Below are positions 8,021-17,090 of a stretch of 24,000 bases of DNA, one piece after another (position 1 is the first letter of the stretch; every line of letters starts with the position of its first letter). Source of the DNA: Pseudovibrio sp. Tun.PSC04-5.I4 (GTDB taxonomy: Bacteria; Pseudomonadota; Alphaproteobacteria; Rhizobiales; Stappiaceae); NCBI RefSeq assembly GCF_900104145.1, contig NZ_FNLB01000001.1, positions 536,823 to 560,822 of the forward strand. Direction: 5' to 3'. The notes under the pieces are model-generated. The model was not told the DNA's origin and ran no database searches. It worked only from the letters and a program-made list of their open reading frames with translations. The position numbers and the translations under genes are program-made.

Positions 8021-8595
8021 GAAGCTATTGCGCGGCGACGCTACGTGATATGCCCTAGAGCAAGTATTAATTGTAGTATATCTATGTTTTTATTCTCTAC
8101 TCGGCAATTTGTAATCAGAACTATAAATAAACTTGGCAGATTATGTTGTGAAGTCATCTCAGTGAAACTATAGATACTCCACAGGAATGCAGATTATCTG
8201 TTCCTATCTAGTAAGTTATAGAGATAACAGCTGAATATGCGGGACTGCGATCTTCAGACATATTGGGGGCCTTCCTTGCATTACTGGGATGAGTTTAGTG
8301 CTGGTCAATCCTTCCAATATATTTGCCTAGATATATCAAAAATCGACCATTTCGTGCGTCTAACATCTGTGAGATGTAAGAATATTACGGATCTCAGCGT
8401 TTGCTCTGCGTTTTTTGCAATGCTGCTATGCGCTGAGGCGGTTGATAACTTTTTCGTGAGGTGCGGGGTGCCGTGGTTTGAGCGCATCGAAAATGAACGC
8501 TACGTCGTTTAATCTATCTCATCTATCAATAGAAATATGCCCACATAGGAACGCGTTGTTTTGAAAGGTTTTGCGTTGCTATGTAATTTCGCGCA

Positions 8596-8647
8596 GACCG
8601 CCCCGCAGATGTAACCCTCCGCGGGGCGTCTTAAGTCCTGACTTAAG
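8596..8647 (-). terminator. two adjacent hairpins at and just after the stop codon of the beta-oxidation operon
   Basis: CTTAAGT-cctg-ACTTAAG (8630-8647) overlaps the stop codon at 8643-8645. GACCGCCCCGC-N14-GCGGGGCGTC (8596-8630) has a stem of about 10 bp with one bulge. No clean U-tract follows. Confidence 0.45.
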
Positions 8648-10790
8648 CGGCAGCCAATTTTTCGCTGCGCAGTTTGTTGAGGGCTGCTTCAGTCACTTTA
8701 AATCGAGGACCGTAAGCCGCGGCGAGTTCATCGGCCCGCGTCTTGAACGCTTCAAGGCCTACTCCGTGGATGAATTGCAATGCTCCGCCCGTATGAGCCG
8801 GGAAGCCGATGGCGAAGATGGAACCGATGTTGGCTTCAACCTCGGTCCGCAATACGTCTTCATCCAAACAGCGCAGTGTCTCGATGGCTTGACGGTACAT
8901 CATGCGATCTTCTGCATCCTGCATGGAGACGTTCAGGTCGCGCTCCTTGAACTGGGTCAAGCCGTCCCAAAGCTTTTTGGTGCCGTCCGCTGCATACTCA
9001 TAGAAGCCACCGCCATAATGACGACCTCCGCGATTCAGACCAACCATGGCTTGGCCGACTTTCACATTGGAACTGTCATCTGCCGGAAAGCCGTTCTCAA
9101 CACCGAGGCGTTTGTCGAGTGCGATGTGGGTCTCGTGGATCTTTTTGGTCAGAACCATGGAAACTTCATCATGAACCGCGAGTGGTCCAACCGGCATACC
9201 AATTTTCCAAGCGGCACGCTCAATGGCAACAGGGCTCATGCCGTCACGCATCAACGCCAAGCCTTCATCAAGGTAGGTGCCAAAGACGCGGCTGGTGAAG
9301 AACCCGCGCTTGTCATTCACCACGATTGGCAGGTAGCCGATCTGCTGAACATAATCATAGGCCTTGCGAAGGGTCTCATTGCTGGTCATCTCACCCACGA
9401 TAATCTCGACGACCTCCATTTTATCAACGGGCGAGAAGAAATGCAGACCAATGAAACGGGTTGGATCCGGGCAACTCTCTGCCAAAATGGAAATCGGCAG
9501 GGTTGAGGTGTTGGAGCCGTAAATGCCGGTGTCAGACAGCTGTTTGTAGGTTTCTGGAATAACCTTCTCTTTGAGGGAAATATCCTCGAACACAGCTTCA
9601 ATAATGATATCTGTGCCTGCAAAGGTCTCATCGCTGTCCGTTGCGGTGATGCATCCCAGAAGAGCGGCCTTCTTCGCGTCATCCATCCGGCCACGTGTGA
9701 TGGCTTTGTCCACCAGCTTTTCAGAATAGCCTTTGCCCTTCTCGGCATTCTCAAGGCTCATGTCCTTGAGCACAGTCGGCAGGCCACGGCTTGCATGCGC
9801 CCACGCAATGCCGGAGCCCATCATACCAGCGCCAAGAATGGCCGAACTGCTTGCTTTCCACGCCTCGCCTTGCGGGCGAACCTTGCCGGATTTGATGGCC
9901 TGCATACCGAAGAAGAACGTGGAGATTGCAGCACGTGCCTCTGTTGAGCGTAGAAGCGCCGTAAAGCCACGGCTTTCAGTGCGCAGAGCGCTGTCAAAAC
10001 CCATGCGCATGGAATTGACAGCAATGTCTATGACCTTTTCAGGTGCAGGCATCAGGCCGCGCGTTTTGTTGACCAGCATGGTTGGGGCCATTGCAGCCAC
10101 CATGCGCACCTTGGCACTGTCTGCACCGCCGCCCGGGTAACGGAAACCCTTCTGGTCCCATGACTGAACAACAGCCTCCGGATTGGCTTTGATCCACGCT
10201 TTTGCCGCGGGAATAAGCTCCTCTTGCGTTTCCACCAGTGCTTCCACCAGTCCAACTTTGAGCGCAGCAGCAGGTTTAAGCTGCTTGCCTTCCACCAGCA
10301 ATGGCAAGGCAGTTTCCAGACCCAGCTTTGCGGTGAGACGAATAACGCCGCCCGCACCGGGTAAAAGTCCCAGTGTTGCTTCCGGCAGACCAACGACCGC
10401 CTTTGGCGTGTTGAGCAGAATGCGATGGTTGCAGGCGAGGCAGATCTCAAACCCGCCACCCAGTGCTGCGCCATTGATGGCAGCCACCACGGGAACCGGG
10501 AGTTTTTCCAGAGCCCGCAGCGGGGCTTTCATCTCTTCCACGTAGGCAAAGATGTCTTGCGGATCCATACTGCCGTGGAGCATTTCTTCCAGATCGCCGC
10601 CCGCGAAGAAGGTCTTCTTGGCGGAGGCAATCACAATGCCGGTCAGATCCTCTTCTGTGGAGAGTTTGGCAACCAGCTCCTTCATGCCTTCAGACCATGC
10701 ACGGGTCATGGTGTTGGCAGATTTACCTTGAGAGTCGAAGGTAATTGTGACGATGCCGTCGACGTCTTTTTCGTACTTGTACTCTGACAT
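8643..10790 (-). CDS. multifunctional fatty-acid oxidation protein: enoyl-CoA hydratase/isomerase + 3-hydroxyacyl-CoA dehydrogenase (FadB/FadJ type)
   Basis: 715 aa. N-terminal crotonase fold (FFAGGDL, AAINGAALGGGFEICLACN). Central NAD-binding domain (AILGAGMMGSGIAWA) and HCDH C-terminal domains. SD AGGAGG upstream of the ATG. Confidence 0.9.
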   Translation of the reverse strand: MSEYKYEKDVDGIVTITFDSQGKSANTMTRAWSEGMKELVAKLSTEEDLTGIVIASAKKTFFAGGDLEEMLHGSMDPQDIFAYVEEMKAPLRALEKLPVPVVAAINGAALGGGFEICLACNHRILLNTPKAVVGLPEATLGLLPGAGGVIRLTAKLGLETALPLLVEGKQLKPAAALKVGLVEALVETQEELIPAAKAWIKANPEAVVQSWDQKGFRYPGGGADSAKVRMVAAMAPTMLVNKTRGLMPAPEKVIDIAVNSMRMGFDSALRTESRGFTALLRSTEARAAISTFFFGMQAIKSGKVRPQGEAWKASSSAILGAGMMGSGIAWAHASRGLPTVLKDMSLENAEKGKGYSEKLVDKAITRGRMDDAKKAALLGCITATDSDETFAGTDIIIEAVFEDISLKEKVIPETYKQLSDTGIYGSNTSTLPISILAESCPDPTRFIGLHFFSPVDKMEVVEIIVGEMTSNETLRKAYDYVQQIGYLPIVVNDKRGFFTSRVFGTYLDEGLALMRDGMSPVAIERAAWKIGMPVGPLAVHDEVSMVLTKKIHETHIALDKRLGVENGFPADDSSNVKVGQAMVGLNRGGRHYGGGFYEYAADGTKKLWDGLTQFKERDLNVSMQDAEDRMMYRQAIETLRCLDEDVLRTEVEANIGSIFAIGFPAHTGGALQFIHGVGLEAFKTRADELAAAYGPRFKVTEAALNKLRSEKLAAA

Positions 10791-10801
10791 GATCTAGCCT
10801 C

Positions 10802-12010
10802 CTACACTCGCTCAATGATGGATGCGATGCCCATGCCGCCGCCAACACACATGGTAATCAGCGCGCGTTTCAGGTTGCGGCGTTCCAGCTCGTCCATCAT
10901 GGTGGAAACCAGCATGCCGCCGGTTGCGCCCAGTGGGTGCCCCATGGCAATCGCACCGCCAACCACGTTGAGCTTTTCGTCCGGTACTTCCAGATCGCGC
11001 TGCAAACGCAGCATGACGGAGGCAAACGCTTCGTTGATCTCTACAAGGTCGATATCGTCAATGGTCAAGCCAGCTTTCGCCAATGCCTTCTTGGAGGCTG
11101 GTCCCGGTCCGGTCAGCATGATGGTTGGATCAGAGGCTGTCACGGCAACGGAAAGGACGCGGGCGCGTGGTGTCAGGCCCATGTCTTTACCGGACTGCTC
11201 ACTGCCAAGCAGGATCAGCGAGGCGCCATCCACGATACCAGAGGAGTTGCCCGGTGTGTGGACGTGGTTGATCCTCTCAACTTCCGGGTAGCGCGCCAGT
11301 GCAACCGCATCAAAGCCCATTGCGCCGTGCTTTTCAAAGCTGGCACGCAGTGAACCCAGTGTTTGCATGTCTGTGTTTGGTTTGATGAAGTCATCGCGTT
11401 GCAAAACGATGAGGCCGTTTTCATCCCTCACAGGCACAACGGATTTGTCGAACCAGCCATTGTCGCGGGCATGGGCTGCACGTTGCTGGCTGGCAACGGC
11501 AGCGGCGTCCACATCATCGCGAGACCAGCCGCCAAGGGTGGCGATCAAATCCGCGCCAATGCCTTGAGGCACGAAGCCGGTTGCGAGTACGGTTTCCGGA
11601 TCTTCGCTGAACGGGCCACCATCGGTGCCCATCGGGACGCGGCTCATGCTTTCATAACCGCCAGCGCAGATCATATCTTCCCAGCCTGATGCAATACGGG
11701 CCGCAGCGGTGTTGAAGGTATCCAGACCAGAGGCGCAGAAGCGGTTGACCTGCGCGCCAGCAACGCTCTCGTCCCAGCCCGCCTTTTGCAACGCGATCTT
11801 GGGCAGAACAGCACCCTGCTCGCGAATTGGAGTTACACATCCCATCACCACGTCATCAACGCGGGAAGTATCCAGATCATGACGACCCTGCATTTCTCCC
11901 AGCAAGGTTGTGACCAGATTGATGGGCTTGACTTCATTGAGAGAACCATCCGCTTTGCCTTTGGAGCGCGGCGTGCGGATTGCATCATAAACATAAGCTG
12001 TCTGAGCCAT
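10802..12010 (-). CDS. acetyl-CoA C-acyltransferase (3-ketoacyl-CoA thiolase)
   Basis: 402 aa. Active-site Cys context VNRFCASGL, and C-terminal thiolase motifs NEAFASV, GGAIAMGHPLGATG and CVGGGMG. The stop lies 11 nt upstream of the next gene's start. Confidence 0.9.
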   Translation of the reverse strand: MAQTAYVYDAIRTPRSKGKADGSLNEVKPINLVTTLLGEMQGRHDLDTSRVDDVVMGCVTPIREQGAVLPKIALQKAGWDESVAGAQVNRFCASGLDTFNTAAARIASGWEDMICAGGYESMSRVPMGTDGGPFSEDPETVLATGFVPQGIGADLIATLGGWSRDDVDAAAVASQQRAAHARDNGWFDKSVVPVRDENGLIVLQRDDFIKPNTDMQTLGSLRASFEKHGAMGFDAVALARYPEVERINHVHTPGNSSGIVDGASLILLGSEQSGKDMGLTPRARVLSVAVTASDPTIMLTGPGPASKKALAKAGLTIDDIDLVEINEAFASVMLRLQRDLEVPDEKLNVVGGAIAMGHPLGATGGMLVSTMMDELERRNLKRALITMCVGGGMGIASIIERV

Positions 12011-12078
12011 GTATCTTCACCAAATTCTGTCTGTCTTCACTCAAAAAGGGCAGGAGCTGGCAGGCACCTGCCAAGCAC

Positions 12079-13662
12079 CTAAGCAATATCGCGGCCCTGT
12101 TCTTCCCAGTAAGGCGCGCGCAGCTTGTTCTTCAAAATCTTGTTCATGGCAGATAGCGGCAGCGCTTCCACCAGTGATATGGACCGTGGACATTTGTATC
12201 CAGCGATGCGCTCTTTGGTGTGGGCGCGAATGTCTTCAAACGTTGGTGCCGTACCCTCCCGCGGTACAATCACCGCATGTACAGCCTCTCCGTAGGTGTC
12301 GTCAGGAATGCCGATTACGGCTACCATGGCAACATCGGGATGCATGGAAATCGCGCTTTCCACCTCTGCGGTGTACACGTTCTCGCCCCCGGTAATGATC
12401 ATGTCCTTCATGCGGTCTTTGAGGAACAGAACCCCGAAATCATCCTTCATACCAACATCGCCCGTGCAGTATCCGCCGTTGCGAATAGCCGCTGCGGTCT
12501 GCTTTGGCGCGTTGTAGTACCGGCTCATTATGGAGGGTGTGTAAAACACCACTTCGCCAATAGTGTTGACAGGCAATTCGTTGCCGTCCTCATCCTCGAT
12601 GCGAACTTCAAGCGTCGGCGAACTGGCCTGACCTGCTGCGCTGATCCGCGCCTCGTCCCCAGAATGGAATTGCGGCCACAGGAACACGCCTGCGCCAGCC
12701 TCGGTCATGCCGTAGGCCTGAGTAAGGTCGGTCTCCGGGAAGCTTTTCTGCACCAGTGTCAAAAGGGCTTCTGAGATCGGAGAGGCGCCATAGACGATTT
12801 GCGAGACGCGCAGAAAATCTTCTGTTTTAAACTCCGGTGCATTGATCAACATCTGGAACATGGCCGGAGCCATCAGGAAGGAAGAAATATCAAACCTTTT
12901 GACAGCAGTCACCACAATGTCCGGCCGGAACATGGGCACGACCACAAATGGTCTGTTTTGGATCAGGCGAGCCAGCATCAGGCCGTAGCCGGACAGGTGG
13001 AACAGCGGCATCACCATCATGGCAGGGCGCTGTAAATGTGGAACGCCGTTTGTTGCCAGAACCTGAGCGCAGGACAGCATGGAAAGGTGGGTGTGAACCA
13101 CGCCCTTGGGAAAACCAGTTGTGCCGCCGGTGTAACTCATAAAGCATTCGACGTTTACATCCCGGTCCAGCTTTAGCTCGCACGGGGTATCAAGGAGGCT
13201 ATCATAGGCAAGAACCCCCTCTGGAGCGTCCTTTTTGCCAATGTAAATGAACTGTTTAAGCGAGCCAGCCCGTTGTTTGATTTTCTCAACCAGCGGAGCA
13301 TAGGCATCATCATAAACAATGGTGTTTATCTGCGAATGGTCAATGGCGTAGAGCAGCTCTTCGCCAGACCAACGGATGTTCAGCGGCACGGCAATCATAC
13401 CGGCGAGCACGGCACCGACCATCACTTCCACATATTCTAAGGAATTGAGGCTCAGCAATGCAACACGGCTGCCTTCTTCCACGCCAAGCGTATGCAGGCC
13501 GTTGGCAAACTGGCGTGCGCGCGTGGCAAACTGTCGGCTGGTGAGGGTGCGCCCATCCAGATCCTGTATCAACGGAATACCCGTTTCAACACTGCCCAGA
13601 TAGTTCACGAGCTTGTCAAAATTCATAGTTCCGGATTGTGCCGGCGATGGAGATCCAACCAT
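12079..13662 (-). CDS. acyl-CoA synthetase / AMP-dependent ligase (fatty-acid--CoA ligase family)
   Basis: AMP-binding motif YTGGTTGFPKGV, then YGMTE, GDVG and GGENVY. The start is uncertain. I prefer the ATG at 13662 (GGAGG 5 nt upstream). Alternatives are 13626 (MNFDKL...) and the tracked maximal start at 13761. Confidence 0.85.
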   Translation of the reverse strand: MVGSPSPAQSGTMNFDKLVNYLGSVETGIPLIQDLDGRTLTSRQFATRARQFANGLHTLGVEEGSRVALLSLNSLEYVEVMVGAVLAGMIAVPLNIRWSGEELLYAIDHSQINTIVYDDAYAPLVEKIKQRAGSLKQFIYIGKKDAPEGVLAYDSLLDTPCELKLDRDVNVECFMSYTGGTTGFPKGVVHTHLSMLSCAQVLATNGVPHLQRPAMMVMPLFHLSGYGLMLARLIQNRPFVVVPMFRPDIVVTAVKRFDISSFLMAPAMFQMLINAPEFKTEDFLRVSQIVYGASPISEALLTLVQKSFPETDLTQAYGMTEAGAGVFLWPQFHSGDEARISAAGQASSPTLEVRIEDEDGNELPVNTIGEVVFYTPSIMSRYYNAPKQTAAAIRNGGYCTGDVGMKDDFGVLFLKDRMKDMIITGGENVYTAEVESAISMHPDVAMVAVIGIPDDTYGEAVHAVIVPREGTAPTFEDIRAHTKERIAGYKCPRSISLVEALPLSAMNKILKNKLRAPYWEEQGRDIA

Positions 13663-13767
13663 ATTGCCCTCCCAGGTCATAGGCTGTACAGCGCCGTGGG
13701 ATTGCGCTGCATCTGTGATAATGTGGTGCCTGCTTTGCCATTGGTGCGAGGTGTCCCGCATTTGTGA

Positions 13768-14379
13768 TTAGTCAGGCGCTGAAGGTATCAAAGAGTACGC
13801 TGCTGGCTTCAGCAGGTTGATATCGAGGCTTGGGTGCAGCTTTTGTTGAAGCGCAACACCAAGCAAATAACTTCCGATGGAAACGGCCTGAATGGCGGAA
13901 TCCAGATCCTGAGGAAACTCGCCAGCGGCTTTGCCACGGTCCAGATAACTCATCAGCATATGCTTGATGAAATCGTGGGCCTGCTTCAACGCATCTCCCA
14001 GCAGGGCAACATTAGCAACGCTGCCAGCAACAAGAGCAAAGTAGGCTTGATAAATCGGCTTGTTTTGCAAATCGTCGAAGTGAATGTTGATATAACGGTG
14101 CAAGGCGATATGGCCTTTGGTGTCCTGCGGAATTTCTTCAGCAAGGTGCAGTTTGTTTTCCATCATCATGCGGTCAATCAGCTTGATGAACATCTCATCT
14201 TTTTTGCCAAGACGCTGAATGGTGAGGCCGCGGCTGTACCCGGCCTTAAGACCAATGCTTTCGCAGGTTGCCGATTGAATGCCATCTTCATTGATGATTG
14301 TTACCAATGCATCCAGAAGTTTGCGTTCTGACTCTTCCCGTCGTTCTGCCTGCGTCTTCTTCTTTTCCAAGCTGACCAA
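13768..14379 (-). CDS. TetR/AcrR-family transcriptional regulator, first gene of the beta-oxidation cluster
   Basis: 203 aa. N-terminal TetR HTH region (LLDALVTIINEDGIQSATCESIGLKAGYSRGLTIQRLG). TTG start at 14379 with no upstream ATG, so the exact start is uncertain. Confidence 0.8.
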   Translation of the reverse strand: MVSLEKKKTQAERREESERKLLDALVTIINEDGIQSATCESIGLKAGYSRGLTIQRLGKKDEMFIKLIDRMMMENKLHLAEEIPQDTKGHIALHRYINIHFDDLQNKPIYQAYFALVAGSVANVALLGDALKQAHDFIKHMLMSYLDRGKAAGEFPQDLDSAIQAVSIGSYLLGVALQQKLHPSLDINLLKPAAYSLIPSAPD

Positions 14380-14415
14380 CTTTTCTCAAAAGATAATTGT
14401 TGGATGCTTAGCAAC

Positions 14416-14445
14416 TATACGTAAAAATATCCATAACGTATACGT
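14416..14445. promoter_or_regulatory. inverted repeat TATACGT-N13-ACGTATA, with a 10-bp perfect palindrome ACGTATACGT; candidate TetR operator
   Basis: Read directly. It sits 37-66 nt upstream of the TetR start codon. TetR regulators are usually autoregulatory at palindromes in this position. Confidence 0.4.
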
Positions 14446-14702
14446 CAGACTTTAGGTAAATACCCCAGCGGCGGCAGCTGGTTTTACGGCCTAAAAGAGT
14501 TCTAGAGCTGAGAATTTCATGCGGATTAAGGGATGGAGAAGATCAATCGAATCGCACCGACACCTTACTCAAACCCGTAATCTGGACTGGTCAGCCTCAA
14601 CCGTATTTGTTCCGGCGTCCTACGAAGTGGTCGTGATTCTGGGTTCGTTTTCGCTATAAGAGACGTGCTGTCTTTGCTGGCCGCTGGTTTGGCTAAGTCT
14701 CT

Positions 14703-15368
14703 TTAAGCTGCATTCGAGGTATTTTTCTTCAGGCTCGCCATGAGGAAATGAAACTTTTCACCCTGAACCGCAACATGATCTCGTAGAGAGTTTGCAGCTT
14801 TGTCCGGGTTACCCTTTGTAAGGGCAGCAACGATTGCCTCGTGTTCCGTCATTGATTGAGCCATTCGCCCCCTCAAACGGAGCTGCAATCGTCTAAATGG
14901 TTTGAGCCGTTTATGAAGACGCGCCGCTTCTTTCTCCAAAAAGCCATTCCCTGACTCGCGATAGATGATCATGTGGAATTTTTCATTTTCGAGATAATAG
15001 CCATCACAATCTTGCGCATCGACTGCTGCCTGACAATTGACGTTGGCTTGTCGAAGTTCATCTAACGCACTTTCTTCAATACGTTTTGCAGCCAGACGCC
15101 CACAAACGGCCTCCAGCTCTGCCATCACCTCAAACATCTCCATTAATTCTAATGGCCCCGGTTGGCAGACAAATGCCCCCCTGCGCGGGATAAGTTCCAC
15201 AAGCCCTGACAATGCAAGCCTTTGAAAAGCTTCTCTTAACGGCGTCCTTGAGACCTCAAAACGCTCCGCAAGACGCACCTCATCCAATCGAACTCCATCT
15301 CTGAATGTTCCATTTAAAATGAGCTCTTCCAGCTCTTGAGCGATGTTATCAGCACGACATTTTTCCAT
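14703..15368 (-). CDS. GntR-family transcriptional regulator (FadR subfamily, FCD ligand domain); likely malonate-cluster regulator (MatR/GtrA-like)
   Basis: 221 aa. GntR winged HTH (RLAERFEVSRTPLREAFQRLALSGLVELIPRRGAFV) plus an alpha-helical FCD-type C-terminal domain. Divergent from the TRAP-matAB operon. Confidence 0.9.
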   Translation of the reverse strand: MEKCRADNIAQELEELILNGTFRDGVRLDEVRLAERFEVSRTPLREAFQRLALSGLVELIPRRGAFVCQPGPLELMEMFEVMAELEAVCGRLAAKRIEESALDELRQANVNCQAAVDAQDCDGYYLENEKFHMIIYRESGNGFLEKEAARLHKRLKPFRRLQLRLRGRMAQSMTEHEAIVAALTKGNPDKAANSLRDHVAVQGEKFHFLMASLKKNTSNAA

Positions 15369-15414
15369 TTTGACATATTAGATATTCGCTTGACAGAACG
15401 CAACATACCAGCTC

Positions 15415-15436
15415 TTGTATACAAAAAAATACGTAT
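15415..15436. promoter_or_regulatory. perfect palindromes TTGTATACAA (15415-15424) and ATACGTAT (15429-15436); candidate GntR operator
   Basis: TTGTATACAA fits the FadR-subfamily GntR operator pattern t.GT-n-AC.a. It lies in the 127-bp divergent region between the GntR gene and the TRAP binding-protein gene. Confidence 0.45.
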
Positions 15437-15495
15437 AAAATACAAATGTTCATCATTGTCCGTTTTTGACAACGGTCAGTCTAAGGGAGGAATTG

Positions 15496-16482
15496 ATGAA
15501 AGCTTTGTTGAAAGCGGCTGTGGGAGTGGCTGCGATTATCGCCAGTACAGCACTCGTGAATGCTACGGATCTACGTTTGTCACATCAGTGGTCAAATAAG
15601 GATATCCGGCACAAGGTTGCGCAGATAGTTGCTGATGAGGTAGCTGGCGCAAATGTTGATCTCAACATCAAGATTTTTGGGTCAAAATCACTTTTTAAAC
15701 CAAGAGAGCAATACCGCCCGTTAAGTCGCGGCTTGCTTGAGATGACCGTTCTGCCGCTGAGTTATGCGGGAGGGCATAGACCCGAATACAACCTGACACT
15801 GATGCCAGGTTTGGTTAAAAACCATGATCATGCTGCACGCTTAAGCCAATCACCATTTATGGGTGAGTTGGAAAAGATCATGGCAAAAGATGATGTAATG
15901 GTACTCGTTCATGGGTATTTGGCCGGTGGTTTCGCTGGCAAGGATAAATGCATTACAAAGCCGGATGATATCGTAGGCCTGCAAACACGTGCCGCAGGCA
16001 AGTCGTTCGAGCAGATGTTAGCAGGCGCTGGGGCATCTATTGCGTCCATGGCATCATCCGAAATCTATAATGCCATGCAAACCGGTGTCTTGAACGCTGC
16101 AAATACGTCGTCTTCCTCGTTTGTGTCCTACCGCATTTACGAGCAGGTCAAGTGCTACACTCCGGCCTCTGACATTGCACTGTGGTTCATGTACCAACCG
16201 CTTTTGATGAATAAATCCACATTTGAGGGATTAAACGCCGACCAACAAGCAGCACTCTTGGCGGCCTCTGAAAAAGCTCAGGCATTTTACCTTGAGGAAG
16301 CAAAAAAGCAGGACCTTGCATCCGAAAATGTATTCCGTGAAGCAGGCGTAGAAATTGCAAAAATGAGCCCGGCTGACTTTGATGCCTGGCGCAGTCTTGC
16401 AAAAGAAACCTCTTACAAAGCTTTTGTGAATGATGTGCCAAATGGCCAGAAGCTCTTGGATATGGCTCTTTCTGTAGAGTAA
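15496..16482 (+). CDS. TRAP transporter substrate-binding protein (DctP family), probable malonate/dicarboxylate binding
   Basis: 328 aa from MKALLKAAVGVAAIIASTALVNA (signal peptide). ATG at 15496 with AGGGAGG upstream; the tracked TTG at 15466 is less likely. DctP-family length and composition. First gene of the P-Q-M order. Confidence 0.85.
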   Translation: MKALLKAAVGVAAIIASTALVNATDLRLSHQWSNKDIRHKVAQIVADEVAGANVDLNIKIFGSKSLFKPREQYRPLSRGLLEMTVLPLSYAGGHRPEYNLTLMPGLVKNHDHAARLSQSPFMGELEKIMAKDDVMVLVHGYLAGGFAGKDKCITKPDDIVGLQTRAAGKSFEQMLAGAGASIASMASSEIYNAMQTGVLNAANTSSSSFVSYRIYEQVKCYTPASDIALWFMYQPLLMNKSTFEGLNADQQAALLAASEKAQAFYLEEAKKQDLASENVFREAGVEIAKMSPADFDAWRSLAKETSYKAFVNDVPNGQKLLDMALSVE

Positions 16483-16488
16483 GCCACT

Positions 16489-16509
16489 GGGGCGGCGACT
16501 GGTCGCCCC
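16489..16509 (+). promoter_or_regulatory. intercistronic hairpin after the binding-protein gene (GGGGCG-N9-CGCCCC) followed by a T-rich stretch
   Basis: Read directly. It starts 7 nt after the dctP-like stop. Partial terminators or stabilisers are common at this position in binding-protein-dependent transporter operons. Confidence 0.35.
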
Positions 16510-16541
16510 TCCTTCTTCACTCGTTTTAAAAGGAGGCATAT

Positions 16542-17090
16542 ATGGCAGGTCATAGCTTTGCAGTTGCAGCGCGTTCCAGCAATAACCCCTTTCTTCAAAC
16601 CGTTGCGAGCCTGTCAACTTTGGCGGGGTGGCTTTCTGCTGCAATGATCGTGCTCGCCGTAATGATTACCTGTCAGATGATCTTTGTACGGTTTGCTCTC
16701 AATGGTTCAACTGTCTGGCAAACAGAAGCTGTCATCTACCTTGTTATCGCGTCAACCCTTGTCGGCTTGCCCTATGTCCAGCGTCTGCGAGGGCACGTCA
16801 ATGTCGATCTCATTCCAATCTCGTTACCGCGCAGACCTCGTTTCCTGCTTGCGGTCTTCACACTGTCATTATCCATCCTGATTGTATTTGTGATGGTTTG
16901 GTATGGTTGGGAGTTTTGGTATCTGACATGGGAGCGAGGCTGGAAGTCCGATACAGTATGGGGCGTGAGATTATGGATCCCCTACCTGTCCGTCCCGGCA
17001 GGTTTCACTCTTTTACTGCTTCAGTTGATAGCTGACCTCACCGCACTTCTCCTGTTCATTGACAGGCCGTTTGGTCTGGAGGAATTCTGA
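16542..17090 (+). CDS. TRAP transporter small permease subunit (DctQ family)
   Basis: 182 aa with four predicted TM helices. SD AGGAGG. The stop overlaps the next start (TGATG), between the DctP-like and DctM-like genes. Confidence 0.85.
   Translation: MAGHSFAVAARSSNNPFLQTVASLSTLAGWLSAAMIVLAVMITCQMIFVRFALNGSTVWQTEAVIYLVIASTLVGLPYVQRLRGHVNVDLIPISLPRRPRFLLAVFTLSLSILIVFVMVWYGWEFWYLTWERGWKSDTVWGVRLWIPYLSVPAGFTLLLLQLIADLTALLLFIDRPFGLEEF

Noticed and set aside
8147-8162. A CRP-like half-palindrome TGTGAagtcatCTCAG upstream of the tna region
   Set aside because: The right half-site is poor (CTCAG versus TCACA). It lies over 120 bp upstream of the putative -35, and I cannot tell whether the host even uses CRP-type control.
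8237-8512. A 91-aa plus-strand ORF and the overlapping 60-aa minus-strand ORF (8305-8487) in the AT-rich region
   Set aside because: Neither has a ribosome-binding site or recognisable motifs, and they are mutually exclusive. They are kept as an open question in the AT-rich-region finding rather than called as genes.
8571-9506. A 311-aa plus-strand ORF, plus the other antisense ORFs across 8643-13761 (for example 9733-10140, 10183-10545, 10815-11291, 12220-12774)
   Set aside because: These are shadow ORFs opposite GC-rich genes with strong homology-type motifs (crotonase/HCDH, thiolase, AMP-ligase). Their translations are low-complexity and Arg/Ala/Gly-rich, with no start-site support.
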